This document shows, one piece after another, positions 52,080 through 62,030 of a stretch of 64,000 bases of DNA. Every line of letters starts with the position of its first letter. Within the stretch, counting starts at the first letter, position 1. The notes beneath the pieces were generated by a model that was given only the letters and a program-made list of their open reading frames with translations, had not been told where the DNA came from and made no database searches. The stretch comes from an uncultured Coriobacteriaceae bacterium (GTDB lineage Bacteria; Actinomycetota; Coriobacteriia; Coriobacteriales; UMGS124): assembly GCA_900539345.1 (NCBI GenBank), contig UQBS01000005.1, forward strand, positions 610-64,609. Reading direction: 5' to 3'. A program made the translations under genes and the position numbers.

Positions 52080-53515
52080 GCCTGGGTCACCGCCTCGACA
52101 GTCTTTTCCAATCCAGTTGAATGCGAGGCCTTGACGAGCAACGCGTCGCCCTCACATGCAAGTTCCTTCAAAACGTTCGCGGCACCGGCGGCATCTGCAA
52201 CCTCGACCACGTTGTTTTCGCTCATGCCCATGAGCAGGGCCGCCTGGGCCATGGAGCGCGACAGCGGCCCCACAGCCACGAGCACGTCGACGCCCTTGCC
52301 GGCGGCATACCCTCCCACGGCGGCATGAATGACCTCGGAATCCTCGCCCAACTCGCCCATGTCGCCCAAGCAGGCAATGCGACGGGCTGCCTTGAGGCTG
52401 CAGAGCACGTCGAGCGCACGACGCATCGAGTCGGCGTTTGCGTTGTAGCAGTCGTTGATGAGCGTGATGCCGGCAGCGCAGCGCACGACCTGCTGACGGT
52501 TGCCCTCCAGGCGCAGACCCGCGAGCGCCTGAGAGATTTGCTCGGCAGCGATACCAAGCAGGTCGCCCATGGCGGCGGCGGCCAGCGCGTCGCTCACGTT
52601 GTGGACACCGGGAAGGCCCAGGTCGAGCTGCATGGAAGCGCCGCTTGGCAGTGTCGCCGTGCCATGGGCGCACCCCAACTCGTCAAGCTCGACGTTTGCG
52701 CACGATGCGTCGTCGGCCTCACTTGTGCCGAACGTGAGGGTGCGCACGCCCGCAGGGGCAGCAACGTTGCTGGCAATCCAAGGGGTGTAGTCGTCCTGGC
52801 CCCACAGAAGCACGCAAGGCTCAACGTCCAAGGAGTTGCCCGCCTGCTGTCCCAAGGCCGCGACCAGCTCGGACTTTGCGCGGGCGATGTTGAGGCGGCT
52901 GCCAAGGATGCCGATGTGCGCCGTGCCCACGTTCGTGATAATGCCGATGTGAGGGCGGGCAACAGCAGCGATAGCCTCAATCTCATGCATGGCGTTCATG
53001 CCCATCTCCACTACGAGCGCCTCGGCGTCGAGCGGGCACGACAACACCGTGAGGGGCGCGCCAAGCGTGGAGTTGAGGTTGCCAGCGGTGGCATGCGTCT
53101 TGAACTTGGTCGCAAGGACGCGCGCGCACATCTCCTTCGTCGTGGTCTTGCCCGACGACCCTGTGACGCCGACCACCACGCAATGCAGCTTGTCACGCCA
53201 CCAAGAGGCAAGGTCCTGCAGGGCCTTCTCTCCCGAAGCGGCCAGGAGCAGGGCCGCATTGCAGGCACGAGCACGCGCAAACTCAGCCTCGGTAGGCTCG
53301 CGGGTCATGATGACCGCCGCCGCACCCGCCTCAAGCGCCCGCCCAACGTAGTCGTTGCCGTCAACGCGCTCACCCACAAGGGCGACAAACAGGCAACCGT
53401 CCTCAACCTTGCGCGAGTCGATGGCGACCCCCACAACACGTCGGGGCTGCCCCGGGCACTCTATGACGCGCGCGCAGACCGCCTGGGCGATCTCGCGCGG
53501 CTCGGCGTTAAACAT
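52070..53515 (-). CDS. murF: UDP-N-acetylmuramoyl-tripeptide--D-alanyl-D-alanine ligase
   Basis: IDSRKVEDGCLFVALVGERVDGNDY, GVTGSSGKTTTKEM (MurF-type P-loop), INDCYNANADS. Confidence 0.9.
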   Translation of the reverse strand: MFNAEPREIAQAVCARVIECPGQPRRVVGVAIDSRKVEDGCLFVALVGERVDGNDYVGRALEAGAAAVIMTREPTEAEFARARACNAALLLAASGEKALQDLASWWRDKLHCVVVGVTGSSGKTTTKEMCARVLATKFKTHATAGNLNSTLGAPLTVLSCPLDAEALVVEMGMNAMHEIEAIAAVARPHIGIITNVGTAHIGILGSRLNIARAKSELVAALGQQAGNSLDVEPCVLLWGQDDYTPWIASNVAAPAGVRTLTFGTSEADDASCANVELDELGCAHGTATLPSGASMQLDLGLPGVHNVSDALAAAAMGDLLGIAAEQISQALAGLRLEGNRQQVVRCAAGITLINDCYNANADSMRRALDVLCSLKAARRIACLGDMGELGEDSEVIHAAVGGYAAGKGVDVLVAVGPLSRSMAQAALLMGMSENNVVEVADAAGAANVLKELACEGDALLVKASHSTGLEKTVEAVTQAWA

Positions 53516-53541
53516 CGAGCCTCTCCTTTCGTGCTAACAAC

Positions 53542-55458
53542 CTAATATGAAGGCGGGATCTGAAGCTTTTTCAGAGCCGTCTCCATGATGACGGACCACA
53601 CGGGACCCGCAGCCTCCGAACCCGTGGCGCCGGTTACATAGTCGATCATGACGTATACAAGAACCTTCGGGTCATCGGTAGGGCCAAAGCCGATGAACGA
53701 CACCGTGTTCGTGTTCGCGAAGTACAAGCCGGTCGTGTCGTCAACGCGTTCGGCCGTACCAGTCTTACCCGACAGGCGATACCCCTCGACCTTGCCGGTG
53801 TTGCCGTAGCCGTTCTCGATAACGCTGTACATCATCTCGGAGACCTGGCGGGCCGTGTCAGACGAAATGGCCCTGCCAACCTCGGGATAGCTCTGCTGCT
53901 GCCCGGCGATGCTCACAAGGAAATGCGGCTGCACGAGCACGCCGTCGTTGGCGATGGCACTGATGGCACGGGCCATCTGGAACGGGGGCACGGCGAGTGC
54001 CTGGCCAAACGCCATGGACGCCCAAGCGCCGGTGTACTCGCTGTACTCGGGCACGATGCCTGAGACCTCACCGGGGTAATCGATGCCCGTGAGGGTGCCG
54101 ATTTTGAAGCGCTGCGTGTAGTCGTAGAAGTTCCGGGAGCCGAGACCCTCGGCGCACTCAACCATACCGACGTTGCTCGAACGCTCGAGCACCTCGGTGA
54201 GCGTGAGGTCGATGTCGTAATCACGCTTGTCCGAGTCGCCGACCCAGTCGTCACCGACCTGAATCTCGGCGGGGCAATAATAGTTTGTCGTGGGAGTGGC
54301 GATACCCAGGTCAATGGCAGCGGAAGCCGTGATCGGCTTGAAGGTGGAGCCGGGCTCATAGGAGTCGCTCACGCATTTGACGTTGAACGCCTCGGTCGCG
54401 GCGGCCTTGATGTTGGACAGGTCGAGGTAGGGCGTGGAGACGCATGCAAGGACCTCACCGGTCTCGGGCTGCATCACGATGGCAACGCCCGAGCGTGCAC
54501 CCCATTCAGCCACGGCCTTCGCAATCTGCTCCTGCGCCGTACGCTGGATGTCGAGGTCGATGGATATGACGATGTTCTCGCCGTCGACGGGGTCGATGCG
54601 CACGGCCTCGCCCCCCACGATGGGATCGCCATCGCGGGAACGCTCCTGCACGAGGTAGCCATCGGTGCCGGAGAGTACGTCTTCATATTGGAGTTCGAGG
54701 CCCGTGATGCCCTTGTTCTCATCGCCGCCTATGATGCCGATGACGTTGCCCGCAACCTCGCCTTGCGTGTACACGCGCTTCTGCACGTCTTCGTACTCAA
54801 AGCCCGAAATCGCGACAAGACCGGCCTTCTTACGATCGATGTTGGCTGTCTCAAGCGCCGATTTGAGGTTTGCCTTCAACAGGGGGTCGGCATTTTTGGC
54901 GAGATATTCGTACACCGAGTCGCGCGAGCAAATGTCGGCATACGTGCTTGCATCGCCACCGAGCACCTCGGCAATGAGGTTGGCAGTGGCGTTGATCGCA
55001 TCGTTGTTTTGCACCACTTTGGGGTGGATGGCGATGTTGACGGCGTCGACCGAGCGGGCAAGCACGTTGCCGTTGCGGTCGTAAATGGCACCGCGCCTAT
55101 GGGGCAGCGTGAGGTTTGCCGTACGCTCCTCTGAAGCGTCCGTCGAAATCTCGCCCGTCTCTATCGCCTGAAGATAAAAGAGCTTGGCGGTTACAACAAA
55201 AAAGGCCAGACCGAGGACACCGCCCACCACCGCTTCGCGGGAATAGGGTGTCTCGTTGAACCACGCCAAAGCATGCTGGGCGAGCTTGCCGGGTACGCTG
55301 TCTTGCGCGCGCCTGGCACTGGGCCGCTCATCGGCTGAAACGGTGTTGGGGGCATCGTTGCGCTCAGGGGCGCCTGGCCTGCTGGTACCGGGAGCGGTCT
55401 TGGACGAGTCGCGCCCGGAGGAGCTGCGCACCCGCGATTCTTCATCGCGCGCGGACAT
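53542..55458 (-). CDS. ftsI: class B penicillin-binding protein (FtsI/PBP2B-like transpeptidase)
   Basis: TM anchor, PBP dimerisation domain, and transpeptidase motifs STFKP, SSN and KTGTA. Confidence 0.9.
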   Translation of the reverse strand: MSARDEESRVRSSSGRDSSKTAPGTSRPGAPERNDAPNTVSADERPSARRAQDSVPGKLAQHALAWFNETPYSREAVVGGVLGLAFFVVTAKLFYLQAIETGEISTDASEERTANLTLPHRRGAIYDRNGNVLARSVDAVNIAIHPKVVQNNDAINATANLIAEVLGGDASTYADICSRDSVYEYLAKNADPLLKANLKSALETANIDRKKAGLVAISGFEYEDVQKRVYTQGEVAGNVIGIIGGDENKGITGLELQYEDVLSGTDGYLVQERSRDGDPIVGGEAVRIDPVDGENIVISIDLDIQRTAQEQIAKAVAEWGARSGVAIVMQPETGEVLACVSTPYLDLSNIKAAATEAFNVKCVSDSYEPGSTFKPITASAAIDLGIATPTTNYYCPAEIQVGDDWVGDSDKRDYDIDLTLTEVLERSSNVGMVECAEGLGSRNFYDYTQRFKIGTLTGIDYPGEVSGIVPEYSEYTGAWASMAFGQALAVPPFQMARAISAIANDGVLVQPHFLVSIAGQQQSYPEVGRAISSDTARQVSEMMYSVIENGYGNTGKVEGYRLSGKTGTAERVDDTTGLYFANTNTVSFIGFGPTDDPKVLVYVMIDYVTGATGSEAAGPVWSVIMETALKKLQIPPSY

Positions 55459-55460
55459 GA

Positions 55461-55919
55461 CTACTCGGTTTCTGCGGCCATATCAGCCGGGACGCCGGAT
55501 AGGTCCACCTCGGCACTCTGCTCAGGATAGGTCATGCCGTAGACCTGCGTCGCAATCGACCAGACGCGATCCTTGTCGCTGTAGATCGAGTTCTGCACCT
55601 CAAGTTCGGAGGCGCTGTAGCGCGCTGCCTCAAGCTGAGTGTCGAGGTCGGTGTTCTGGGAAAGGTAGCCAAACGTCGCTGCAACAAGAAAAACCTTGAC
55701 AAGGCCCGTAAGCAGCACGGTAGCAAGAAGAGCACCGACGCACTTAGCAACAGTGATAACAACAGGCGACAGCGGCGTTGTGGCATGCGGGGAGTTTCCA
55801 CCCTCAACGACGTTCCAATCGCGGCGCACACGCTCGTGCTGTGGCGCGGTCTGCTCAGGCATAGCATAGGCATGCATATCGTAAGCTGTGTTGTCGTCGT
55901 ATCGTGCCAACCCTGTCAC
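55461..55919 (-). CDS. ftsL: FtsL-like septal membrane protein
   Basis: Single TM helix (VVITVAKCVGALLATVLLTGLV) followed by a short coiled-coil. Conserved position between rsmH and ftsI. Start uncertain (GTG 55919, TTG 55910 or ATG 55877). Confidence 0.6.
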   Translation of the reverse strand: MTGLARYDDNTAYDMHAYAMPEQTAPQHERVRRDWNVVEGGNSPHATTPLSPVVITVAKCVGALLATVLLTGLVKVFLVAATFGYLSQNTDLDTQLEAARYSASELEVQNSIYSDKDRVWSIATQVYGMTYPEQSAEVDLSGVPADMAAETE

Positions 55920-55967
55920 CTCCTCATGTCATCGCGTGCCGTCGTGTGCGGCACAGGGGTAGTGATT

Positions 55968-56957
55968 TTAGACCAATTTCACCGCAGATCGGACCTTAGC
56001 AGAGCGAGAGCGCGGATTACGTACAATCTCTTCTTCACTGGGAACGCGAGGCTTGCGTTCTTGGAGTTTCAGTACAGATTTGCAGCCGCACACGCACACC
56101 GGAAGGCCGGGCGGACACGTACACCTCTCCGTGAAGGACTTGAACGTCTCCTTCACGATGCGGTCCTCAAGCGAGTGGTAACTGATGACGCAGATGCGAC
56201 CACCCGGGTTGAGCCAACGTACGGCCGCGTCCAAGCCGGACTTGAGCGCATCCATCTCGTGGTTGACCTCGATACGGATGGCCTGGAACGTCTTGCGCGC
56301 CGGATGATGGCCGCCGCTTCGACGCTCGGCCGCCGGGATACCCTCTTTGATGACGTCAACCAGCTGCAGCGTCGTCTCGATCGGGGCACTCGCCCTGCGG
56401 GCGACGATACGGGATGCAATGCGGGAAGCCCACTTTTCTTCGCCGTAGACGCGAAGGATGCGAGCCAGATCAGCCTCGGTGTAATGGTTCACGACCTCAT
56501 AGGCGGTCAGCGTGTTGTTGGCCGTGTCCATGCGCATATCAAGCGGGGCGTCCTCGTGATAGGAGAAGCCGCGCTCGGGAATGTCGAGCTGGGGCGAGCT
56601 CACACCCAGGTCGAACAGGAAGCAATCGACACCGGGGACCTCGGCCTGCTGCAGCAGGCGATCAAGCTCGGAGAAGTTGCCCTTGAGCTGCAAAGACCTC
56701 AGCTCGGGCAGCTGCTCGCGAATGCGCGCACCAGCATTTGCGAGGGCGAGGTCGTCCTGGTCGACGCCGATGAGCATGCCCGTGGGGCCGCACAGCTTGC
56801 CCATCTCAAGGGAATGGCCGGCACCGCCGAGCGTGCAGTCGCACACGACGTCGCCATCGGCGGGGCGCAGCGTCTCGAGAACCTCGTCAAGCATGACGGG
56901 AATGTGATGAAATTCAACCTGAGGGGCTTCGGCCCCGGCGAGTTCCTGTGTGGTCAC
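55968..56957 (-). CDS. rsmH: 16S rRNA (cytosine1402-N4)-methyltransferase
   Basis: HIPVMLDEVL, DCTLGGAGHS, DLGVSSPQLD, ISYHSLEDRIVK. Confidence 0.95.
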   Translation of the reverse strand: MTTQELAGAEAPQVEFHHIPVMLDEVLETLRPADGDVVCDCTLGGAGHSLEMGKLCGPTGMLIGVDQDDLALANAGARIREQLPELRSLQLKGNFSELDRLLQQAEVPGVDCFLFDLGVSSPQLDIPERGFSYHEDAPLDMRMDTANNTLTAYEVVNHYTEADLARILRVYGEEKWASRIASRIVARRASAPIETTLQLVDVIKEGIPAAERRSGGHHPARKTFQAIRIEVNHEMDALKSGLDAAVRWLNPGGRICVISYHSLEDRIVKETFKSFTERCTCPPGLPVCVCGCKSVLKLQERKPRVPSEEEIVRNPRSRSAKVRSAVKLV

Positions 56958-56960
56958 CTG

Positions 56961-57401
56961 CTACTCCTCCAAAAAATCCAGGGCGAGCAGGTCTTCCTCC
57001 GCACGCCGATAGGCAGCTCCGTCGCAGACCTCGAGATGGTCCCCGCCGCCCACGATGGCGACGTCCTTGTCGAGGCCCACGATTTGGCGCAACCTGCCCG
57101 GGATGCCGATGCGACCGGCCGAGTCAATGGCGGTCTCTTCGGTAAATGCGAGCAGGCGCGTGCGAAGCTGCACGTCGCGCGTGGAGCGCGGGTTGAAGCC
57201 CTCGCTGAAGAACGACTTGACCCATGCGTCGTAGGCCTCGGGCGCAAAGACGTAGACCGCCTTTTTGTCCAGAGACAGGACGCACTTCACAATCTCAGGC
57301 AGATAGCGGCGCGCCTTGGCGGGAAGCGAGACACGGCCCTTTGCGTCGAGCGTGTGCTCGGCAACGCCGGTAAAGCACGTATCTTGTGCCTCGATGTCCA
57401 T
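56961..57401 (-). CDS. mraZ: transcriptional regulator MraZ
   Basis: FTGVAEHTLDAKGRVSLPAK and a second SpoVT/AbrB-like repeat DSAGRIGIPGRL. 146 aa. Confidence 0.95.
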   Translation of the reverse strand: MDIEAQDTCFTGVAEHTLDAKGRVSLPAKARRYLPEIVKCVLSLDKKAVYVFAPEAYDAWVKSFFSEGFNPRSTRDVQLRTRLLAFTEETAIDSAGRIGIPGRLRQIVGLDKDVAIVGGGDHLEVCDGAAYRRAEEDLLALDFLEE

Positions 57402-57480
57402 GTGCGCCTCCTCTCAGCCTGATTTTGAGCCGAATCGTCCAACTTGACTGTCAGGATACACCATAGCGGAGTGCTTTTAT

Positions 57481-57531
57481 CCCACTCCATGCAACTTCAT
57501 AGCTCTTTTCCCCCACTTTATCCCACCCCAC
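57481..57531 (-). promoter_or_regulatory. cluster of GTGGG direct repeats upstream of mraZ (candidate MraZ operator)
   Basis: On the minus strand, GTGGG occurs at 57531-57527, 57526-57522, 57516-57512 and 57485-57481. GTGGGATAAA occurs twice. Two boxes are 10 bp apart. Confidence 0.45.
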
Positions 57532-57540
57532 ACACAGCAC

Positions 57541-57698
57541 AACGCAGCGGACGAGGTTCCGCATCACTCTAAAACGCGGGTTCTCGTCCGCAAGGCGCCG
57601 GGAGGCGATGCGTACTGGACGTACGTGAGCCTCCCGGCACGGAGCGCCCTTTGCGACGAGTCCCGTGGAGAACGCAGCGGACGAGGTTCCGCAACTCC
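57541..57698 (-). repeat. nested-palindrome repeat element, array A (one full 117-nt hairpin unit plus a half unit)
   Basis: Half arm at 57541-57562, linker ATCACTCTAAAAC, and a full hairpin at 57576-57692 (outer stem CTCGTCCGC/GCGGACGAG, inner stem CCGGGAGGC/GCCTCCCGG). Same family as 62031-62458. Ends ...GGTTCCGCAACTCC immediately before the xerD stop codon. Confidence 0.85.
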
Positions 57699-58652
57699 CT
57701 ACAGGTGGGCGCGGGGGTGGGCCGTAAAGTATTCCTCGCGTATATGTTCCCTATCCACATGTGTGTAAATCTGCGTCGTGGATATGTCGGCATGGCCGAG
57801 GATCTCTTGGAGAACGCGCAGGTCAGCGCCACCGGCAAGCATGTGGCTTGCAAAGGCGTGGCGAAGCACGTGGGGATGCAGGCCCGCGATGCCCACGGCG
57901 GCTCCGCAACGCTCCACCACATTGAAGATGCTCTGTCGGCTGATGCGCCCACCGCGAGCGTTGAGGAAGACCGCGCGGGGGTCTTGAGATGCCGCCGACG
58001 ACGTCAGATGCAAGAAAGGTCGGCCCTCATCGAGATACGTCCGCAGCGCAACAAGCGCGCTGCCCACGATGGGCACAAGCCTCTCCTTGCTGCCCTTGCC
58101 AAAGATACGCAGGAATCCGGCGTCGAGATAGCAGGCGGAAAGGTCGAGACCTGCAAGCTCGCTCACACGCAGGCCGCAGCCGTAGAGCACCTCGAGCATC
58201 GTCTTGTCGCGCATGCCGATGGGCGTTTCAGGAAACGGCTGGTCAAGCAACTCGAAAGCCTTCTCCACCGAGATGGTCTCAGGCAGGCGCTGGGGCTTGC
58301 GGGGGGCTTTCACTTCAGAAGTAGGAAGCTTTTCCGCAAGCCCGTCGACATAGAGGAACTTATGCAGGCCCTTGATGGCCGAGACAGCCCTCTGGATGCT
58401 CGTAGCGGCCTTGCCCTCGTCGTGTAGGTGGGCCTGGTACGCTTCCACAAGACCGCGTTCCACCTGGTCGGGAGCGTTGACATTGTGCTCGTCTGCCAGC
58501 CATGCGACCCAGGCGGTCAGGTCACGCCTGTAGGCATCCACCGTGTTCTTGGAAGAGCCCTTCTCAACGCGCAGGTAATCGATATAGTCGGCCAAGCCCG
58601 CCTCAAGGGCGGACCTGGCCTGATTCGCTCTGTCAGTCTTCGGCGCCGTCAC
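57699..58652 (-). CDS. xerD: tyrosine site-specific recombinase XerD (XerC/XerD family)
   Basis: N-terminal SAM-like domain, then ...RDKTMLEVLYGCGLRVSEL, HVLRHAFASHML, LGHADISTTQIYTHV (catalytic Tyr). The pyrG-xerD linkage is as in other Actinobacteria. GTG start. Confidence 0.85.
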   Translation of the reverse strand: MTAPKTDRANQARSALEAGLADYIDYLRVEKGSSKNTVDAYRRDLTAWVAWLADEHNVNAPDQVERGLVEAYQAHLHDEGKAATSIQRAVSAIKGLHKFLYVDGLAEKLPTSEVKAPRKPQRLPETISVEKAFELLDQPFPETPIGMRDKTMLEVLYGCGLRVSELAGLDLSACYLDAGFLRIFGKGSKERLVPIVGSALVALRTYLDEGRPFLHLTSSAASQDPRAVFLNARGGRISRQSIFNVVERCGAAVGIAGLHPHVLRHAFASHMLAGGADLRVLQEILGHADISTTQIYTHVDREHIREEYFTAHPRAHL

Positions 58653-58655
58653 AGC

Positions 58656-60287
58656 TTACCGCTCGTCGGCCCGAGCGCAGGAGGCCTTGATGAAGTCGCG
58701 GAACAAGGGGTGCGGCTTGGTGGGGCGGCTGCAAAACTCGGGGTGGAACTGGCCCGCGACAAACCAGGGATGGACGTCGCGAGGAAGCTCGATCATCTCG
58801 ACGAGGCGGCCGTCGGGCGAGGTGCCCGACACAACCAGGCCCGCCTCCACAAGCTGGGGGCGGAACTCGTTGTTCACCTCGAAACGATGGCGGTGACGCT
58901 CGGAGATATGCTCCTGGCCATAGGCCTCGGCACCCAGCGTACCAGCAACAACGTCGCAGGGATAGGCGCCCAGGCGCATGGTGCCGCCCATATCGACGAT
59001 GCCGGCCTGGTCGGGCATGAGGGCAATGACGGGATGCTGAGTCGTCTCGCTGAACTCGGCAGAGTTGGCATCAGCCCAGCCAAGCACGTCGCGAGCAAAC
59101 TCGGTTACGGCAACCTGAAGGCCCAGGCAGATGCCAAGGTAAGGAATCTTGTGCGTGCGGGCGTAACGGGCCGCGCAAATCTTGCCCTCGAATGCGCGCG
59201 AGCCAAAACCGCCAGGAACAAGGATGCCGTCGGCGCTGCCCAGAACTTCATCGGCATTGGCGTCGCAAAGTGTCTCGCCGTCGATGAGCTCGATGTCAAC
59301 GGCGCGGCCGTTGGCGACGCCAGCGTGATGCAGGGCCTCGATCACCGACAGGTATGCGTCGGGAAGCTGGGTGTACTTACCCACAAGCTTAATCTTGACC
59401 TCGCCGAGCGTGTCGCGGGTTGCCTCAGCGGCCGCCTTGGCATCGAGGAAGGCATCCCACTCGGCCATGTCGGACGTACGGGGGTCCAAGCCCAGGCGCT
59501 CACAGACCTTGAGGTCAAAGCCCTGGTCGGCAAGCATTTTGGGCACGTCGTAGATGGAGGGGCAGTCGCCGTTCACAAAGACCTCGTCGGGGTCGACGTC
59601 GCAGAACGACGCGATCTTGTGGCAGATCTTGTCGTCCACCTCGTGGTCGGCGCGCAGAACAATGATGTCAGGAGAGACACCCAGGCCACGCAGCTCTTTG
59701 ACAGAGTGCTGGGTAGGCTTGGTCTTCACCTCGTGCGATGCGGCGATGTAGGGAAGCAGCGACACGTGGATGTAGCAGACGTTCTCGTATCCCACATCCT
59801 TGCGGAACTGGCGGATGGCCTCGATGAAAGGCTGTGACTCGATGTCGCCGATGGTACCGCCAATCTCGGTGATGACGACGTCGGCGCCGGCCTTGTCGGC
59901 CACGCGGTGCATACGTGCCTTGATCTCGTTGGTGACATGGGGAATAACCTGCACCGTGCCGCCAAGGAAGTCGCCATGGCGCTCGCGGTTGATGAGGGTC
60001 TGATACACCGAACCCTGCGTGACGTTGGAGTCACGGTTGAGGCTCTCGTCGATGAAGCGCTCGTAGTGGCCCAGGTCGAGGTCACCCTCATGGCCGTCGT
60101 CGGTCACAAAGACCTCGCCATGCTGGAAGGGGCTCATCGTGCCGGGGTCGACGTTGAGATAGGGATCCATCTTCTGCATCGTGACCTTGTAGCCGCGGCT
60201 CTTGAGAAGGCGGCCCAAGGACGCTGCAGTAATGCCCTTACCCAGGGACGATACGACTCCGCCAGTCACGAATACATGTTTTGTCAT
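58656..60287 (-). CDS. pyrG: CTP synthase
   Basis: [46 protein letters not shown]. Confidence 0.97.
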   Translation of the reverse strand: MTKHVFVTGGVVSSLGKGITAASLGRLLKSRGYKVTMQKMDPYLNVDPGTMSPFQHGEVFVTDDGHEGDLDLGHYERFIDESLNRDSNVTQGSVYQTLINRERHGDFLGGTVQVIPHVTNEIKARMHRVADKAGADVVITEIGGTIGDIESQPFIEAIRQFRKDVGYENVCYIHVSLLPYIAASHEVKTKPTQHSVKELRGLGVSPDIIVLRADHEVDDKICHKIASFCDVDPDEVFVNGDCPSIYDVPKMLADQGFDLKVCERLGLDPRTSDMAEWDAFLDAKAAAEATRDTLGEVKIKLVGKYTQLPDAYLSVIEALHHAGVANGRAVDIELIDGETLCDANADEVLGSADGILVPGGFGSRAFEGKICAARYARTHKIPYLGICLGLQVAVTEFARDVLGWADANSAEFSETTQHPVIALMPDQAGIVDMGGTMRLGAYPCDVVAGTLGAEAYGQEHISERHRHRFEVNNEFRPQLVEAGLVVSGTSPDGRLVEMIELPRDVHPWFVAGQFHPEFCSRPTKPHPLFRDFIKASCARADER

Positions 60288-60443
60288 AGGTGAGTTCCCG
60301 TTCCTCTCGCCATGCCGTACGCGGCGGCAGCCGTTAAGTTACGGGGCTTCATTTTAGCACGGCCATGTTTCAAGTCGTGTTCACCGCAGATATCAATAAA
60401 ATATTGAAAATATTGCCAATCCAAGGAGAGCACTGTGCCTCCC

Positions 60444-61898
60444 CTACTCGCCCTTGCCTTCGACCAAGTCGATAAGCTCCTGGTGAGAGTGGATGTCGAG
60501 CTTGGCATAGATATGCTTGACGTGGGCCTTGACTGTATTGCGCGAAACGCTTAGACGCTCTTCGATGTACTCGCGGTTGCGACCGCGTGCAAGCATCTCG
60601 AACACCTCGGCCTCGCGGGGCGTGAGCTGATAGGCGGCCGCCACCTGGGCGCAACGCTCAGCGAAAACCTCATCGGCAGAGACGTGGATCTCGATGTCGG
60701 GCTCGGGAGGCACAACGCCCTCGATCGTGACACGCAGCGAAAACCCGCGCAGGCCAAAGAGAATGTAGGCGACAAGAACCAGCAGCATGAAGGCGACAAA
60801 GAAAGCGAGCTGCTGGTGGCCGGCCGCAACCTCGATGCGGTTTGCCGTGGTGCCCAGAAGGGCGCCCAACGTCGTTGCCAGGCCTGACATGCCCTGACCC
60901 CATCCCACGATGGACAGGGCGGCCAGAGGGTTGCGGGCAGCGAGGGCGACAAGCGTGAAATTGAGGGCGATGCCGAACACGCAGGTACCAACCGTAAGAA
61001 GGCCGTTCGCCAGCATGACACTGCTCGAACCGCCCACCATGACAAGCAAAAAGCCCGCAGTGAGGGCAAGAAGCGACACGTTGACGATCTCGTCGCCGAT
61101 GAATCGTCCGCCCAGCGCGAGCGTCACCAACACGAGCACGACCGCGAACGCAAGGCCAAGGTTGCCAAAAGACGGCACGCCGGCCACCTCGCCGAAGCGC
61201 AGCGCAAAGCCGAACGCAACCTGTACGAGAATGATGCAGATATAGAGATTGCTCGTAAGCGGCACATACGAGGCAGGGCGCGTGACGGAAAGCTCGGCGG
61301 CGGCAGGACCGGCGGCGATCTCGTCGGCAAGGGCGCCGGCGCGGCGATGGGCGCACACCAGGCACACGGGGATGAGAACCACAAGCAACACGGCAGAAAC
61401 CTGTTGAGGAAGAGCGACGCGCACAAGCAGGTCGAACAGCTGCGCAAACACGGCACCCATCGTAATGGCGACGACTGCCTGGGGCGCAGGCAGCGACACA
61501 GCAGCCAGGTTCGAACTGATGGAGGTCCATCCGCGGCTTGTCACAAGCAGACATGCGCCCGGCACCAGCAGAGCAGGGACACGCAAGCCCAGTCCCGCAA
61601 GCACGCCAACGACGCCAAGCGCCCAGATGACCAACATCGAGAAAAAGAGGCCCCTGCCGCTCAAAAGCGCAGGCCAGACAAGCGAGATAAGGCCGAGCGC
61701 AATGGAGACGAGCGCGCTGCACGTGATCGAGATATCGCGCGCGTAGGTAAACACGCCATCGAACAGGGGAAAGAGCGACCGGTTCATGAGCTGCACGGTA
61801 AGGCCCGCCATGCCCATCGCGCAACAGACAAGCCAGAACTCGCGACTGGCAAACGTCACCCGGCAAAACTCGCGCACCTGTCGTAGTGCCTGTGCCAC
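60444..61898 (-). CDS. membrane-anchored LuxR-family transcriptional regulator (polytopic N-terminal domain plus C-terminal HTH)
   Basis: About 400 aa with roughly 10-12 hydrophobic helices, then LTPREAEVFEMLARGRNREYIEERLSVSRNTVKAHVKHIYAKLDIHSHQEL (LuxR/GerE HTH). GTG start after AAGGGGG. Confidence 0.85.
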   Translation of the reverse strand: MAQALRQVREFCRVTFASREFWLVCCAMGMAGLTVQLMNRSLFPLFDGVFTYARDISITCSALVSIALGLISLVWPALLSGRGLFFSMLVIWALGVVGVLAGLGLRVPALLVPGACLLVTSRGWTSISSNLAAVSLPAPQAVVAITMGAVFAQLFDLLVRVALPQQVSAVLLVVLIPVCLVCAHRRAGALADEIAAGPAAAELSVTRPASYVPLTSNLYICIILVQVAFGFALRFGEVAGVPSFGNLGLAFAVVLVLVTLALGGRFIGDEIVNVSLLALTAGFLLVMVGGSSSVMLANGLLTVGTCVFGIALNFTLVALAARNPLAALSIVGWGQGMSGLATTLGALLGTTANRIEVAAGHQQLAFFVAFMLLVLVAYILFGLRGFSLRVTIEGVVPPEPDIEIHVSADEVFAERCAQVAAAYQLTPREAEVFEMLARGRNREYIEERLSVSRNTVKAHVKHIYAKLDIHSHQELIDLVEGKGE

Positions 61899-62030
61899 CG
61901 TCCCGCCCCCTTCGCGCGCAAACCGCTCTTACACCCGCGATTCTACACGCGAAAGGGGCAGCCCTCAGCCCATGGCCGAAGACTGCCCCTCAAACACTCA
62001 AACTACCCTCTAACCCCACAGCCGGGGCCC

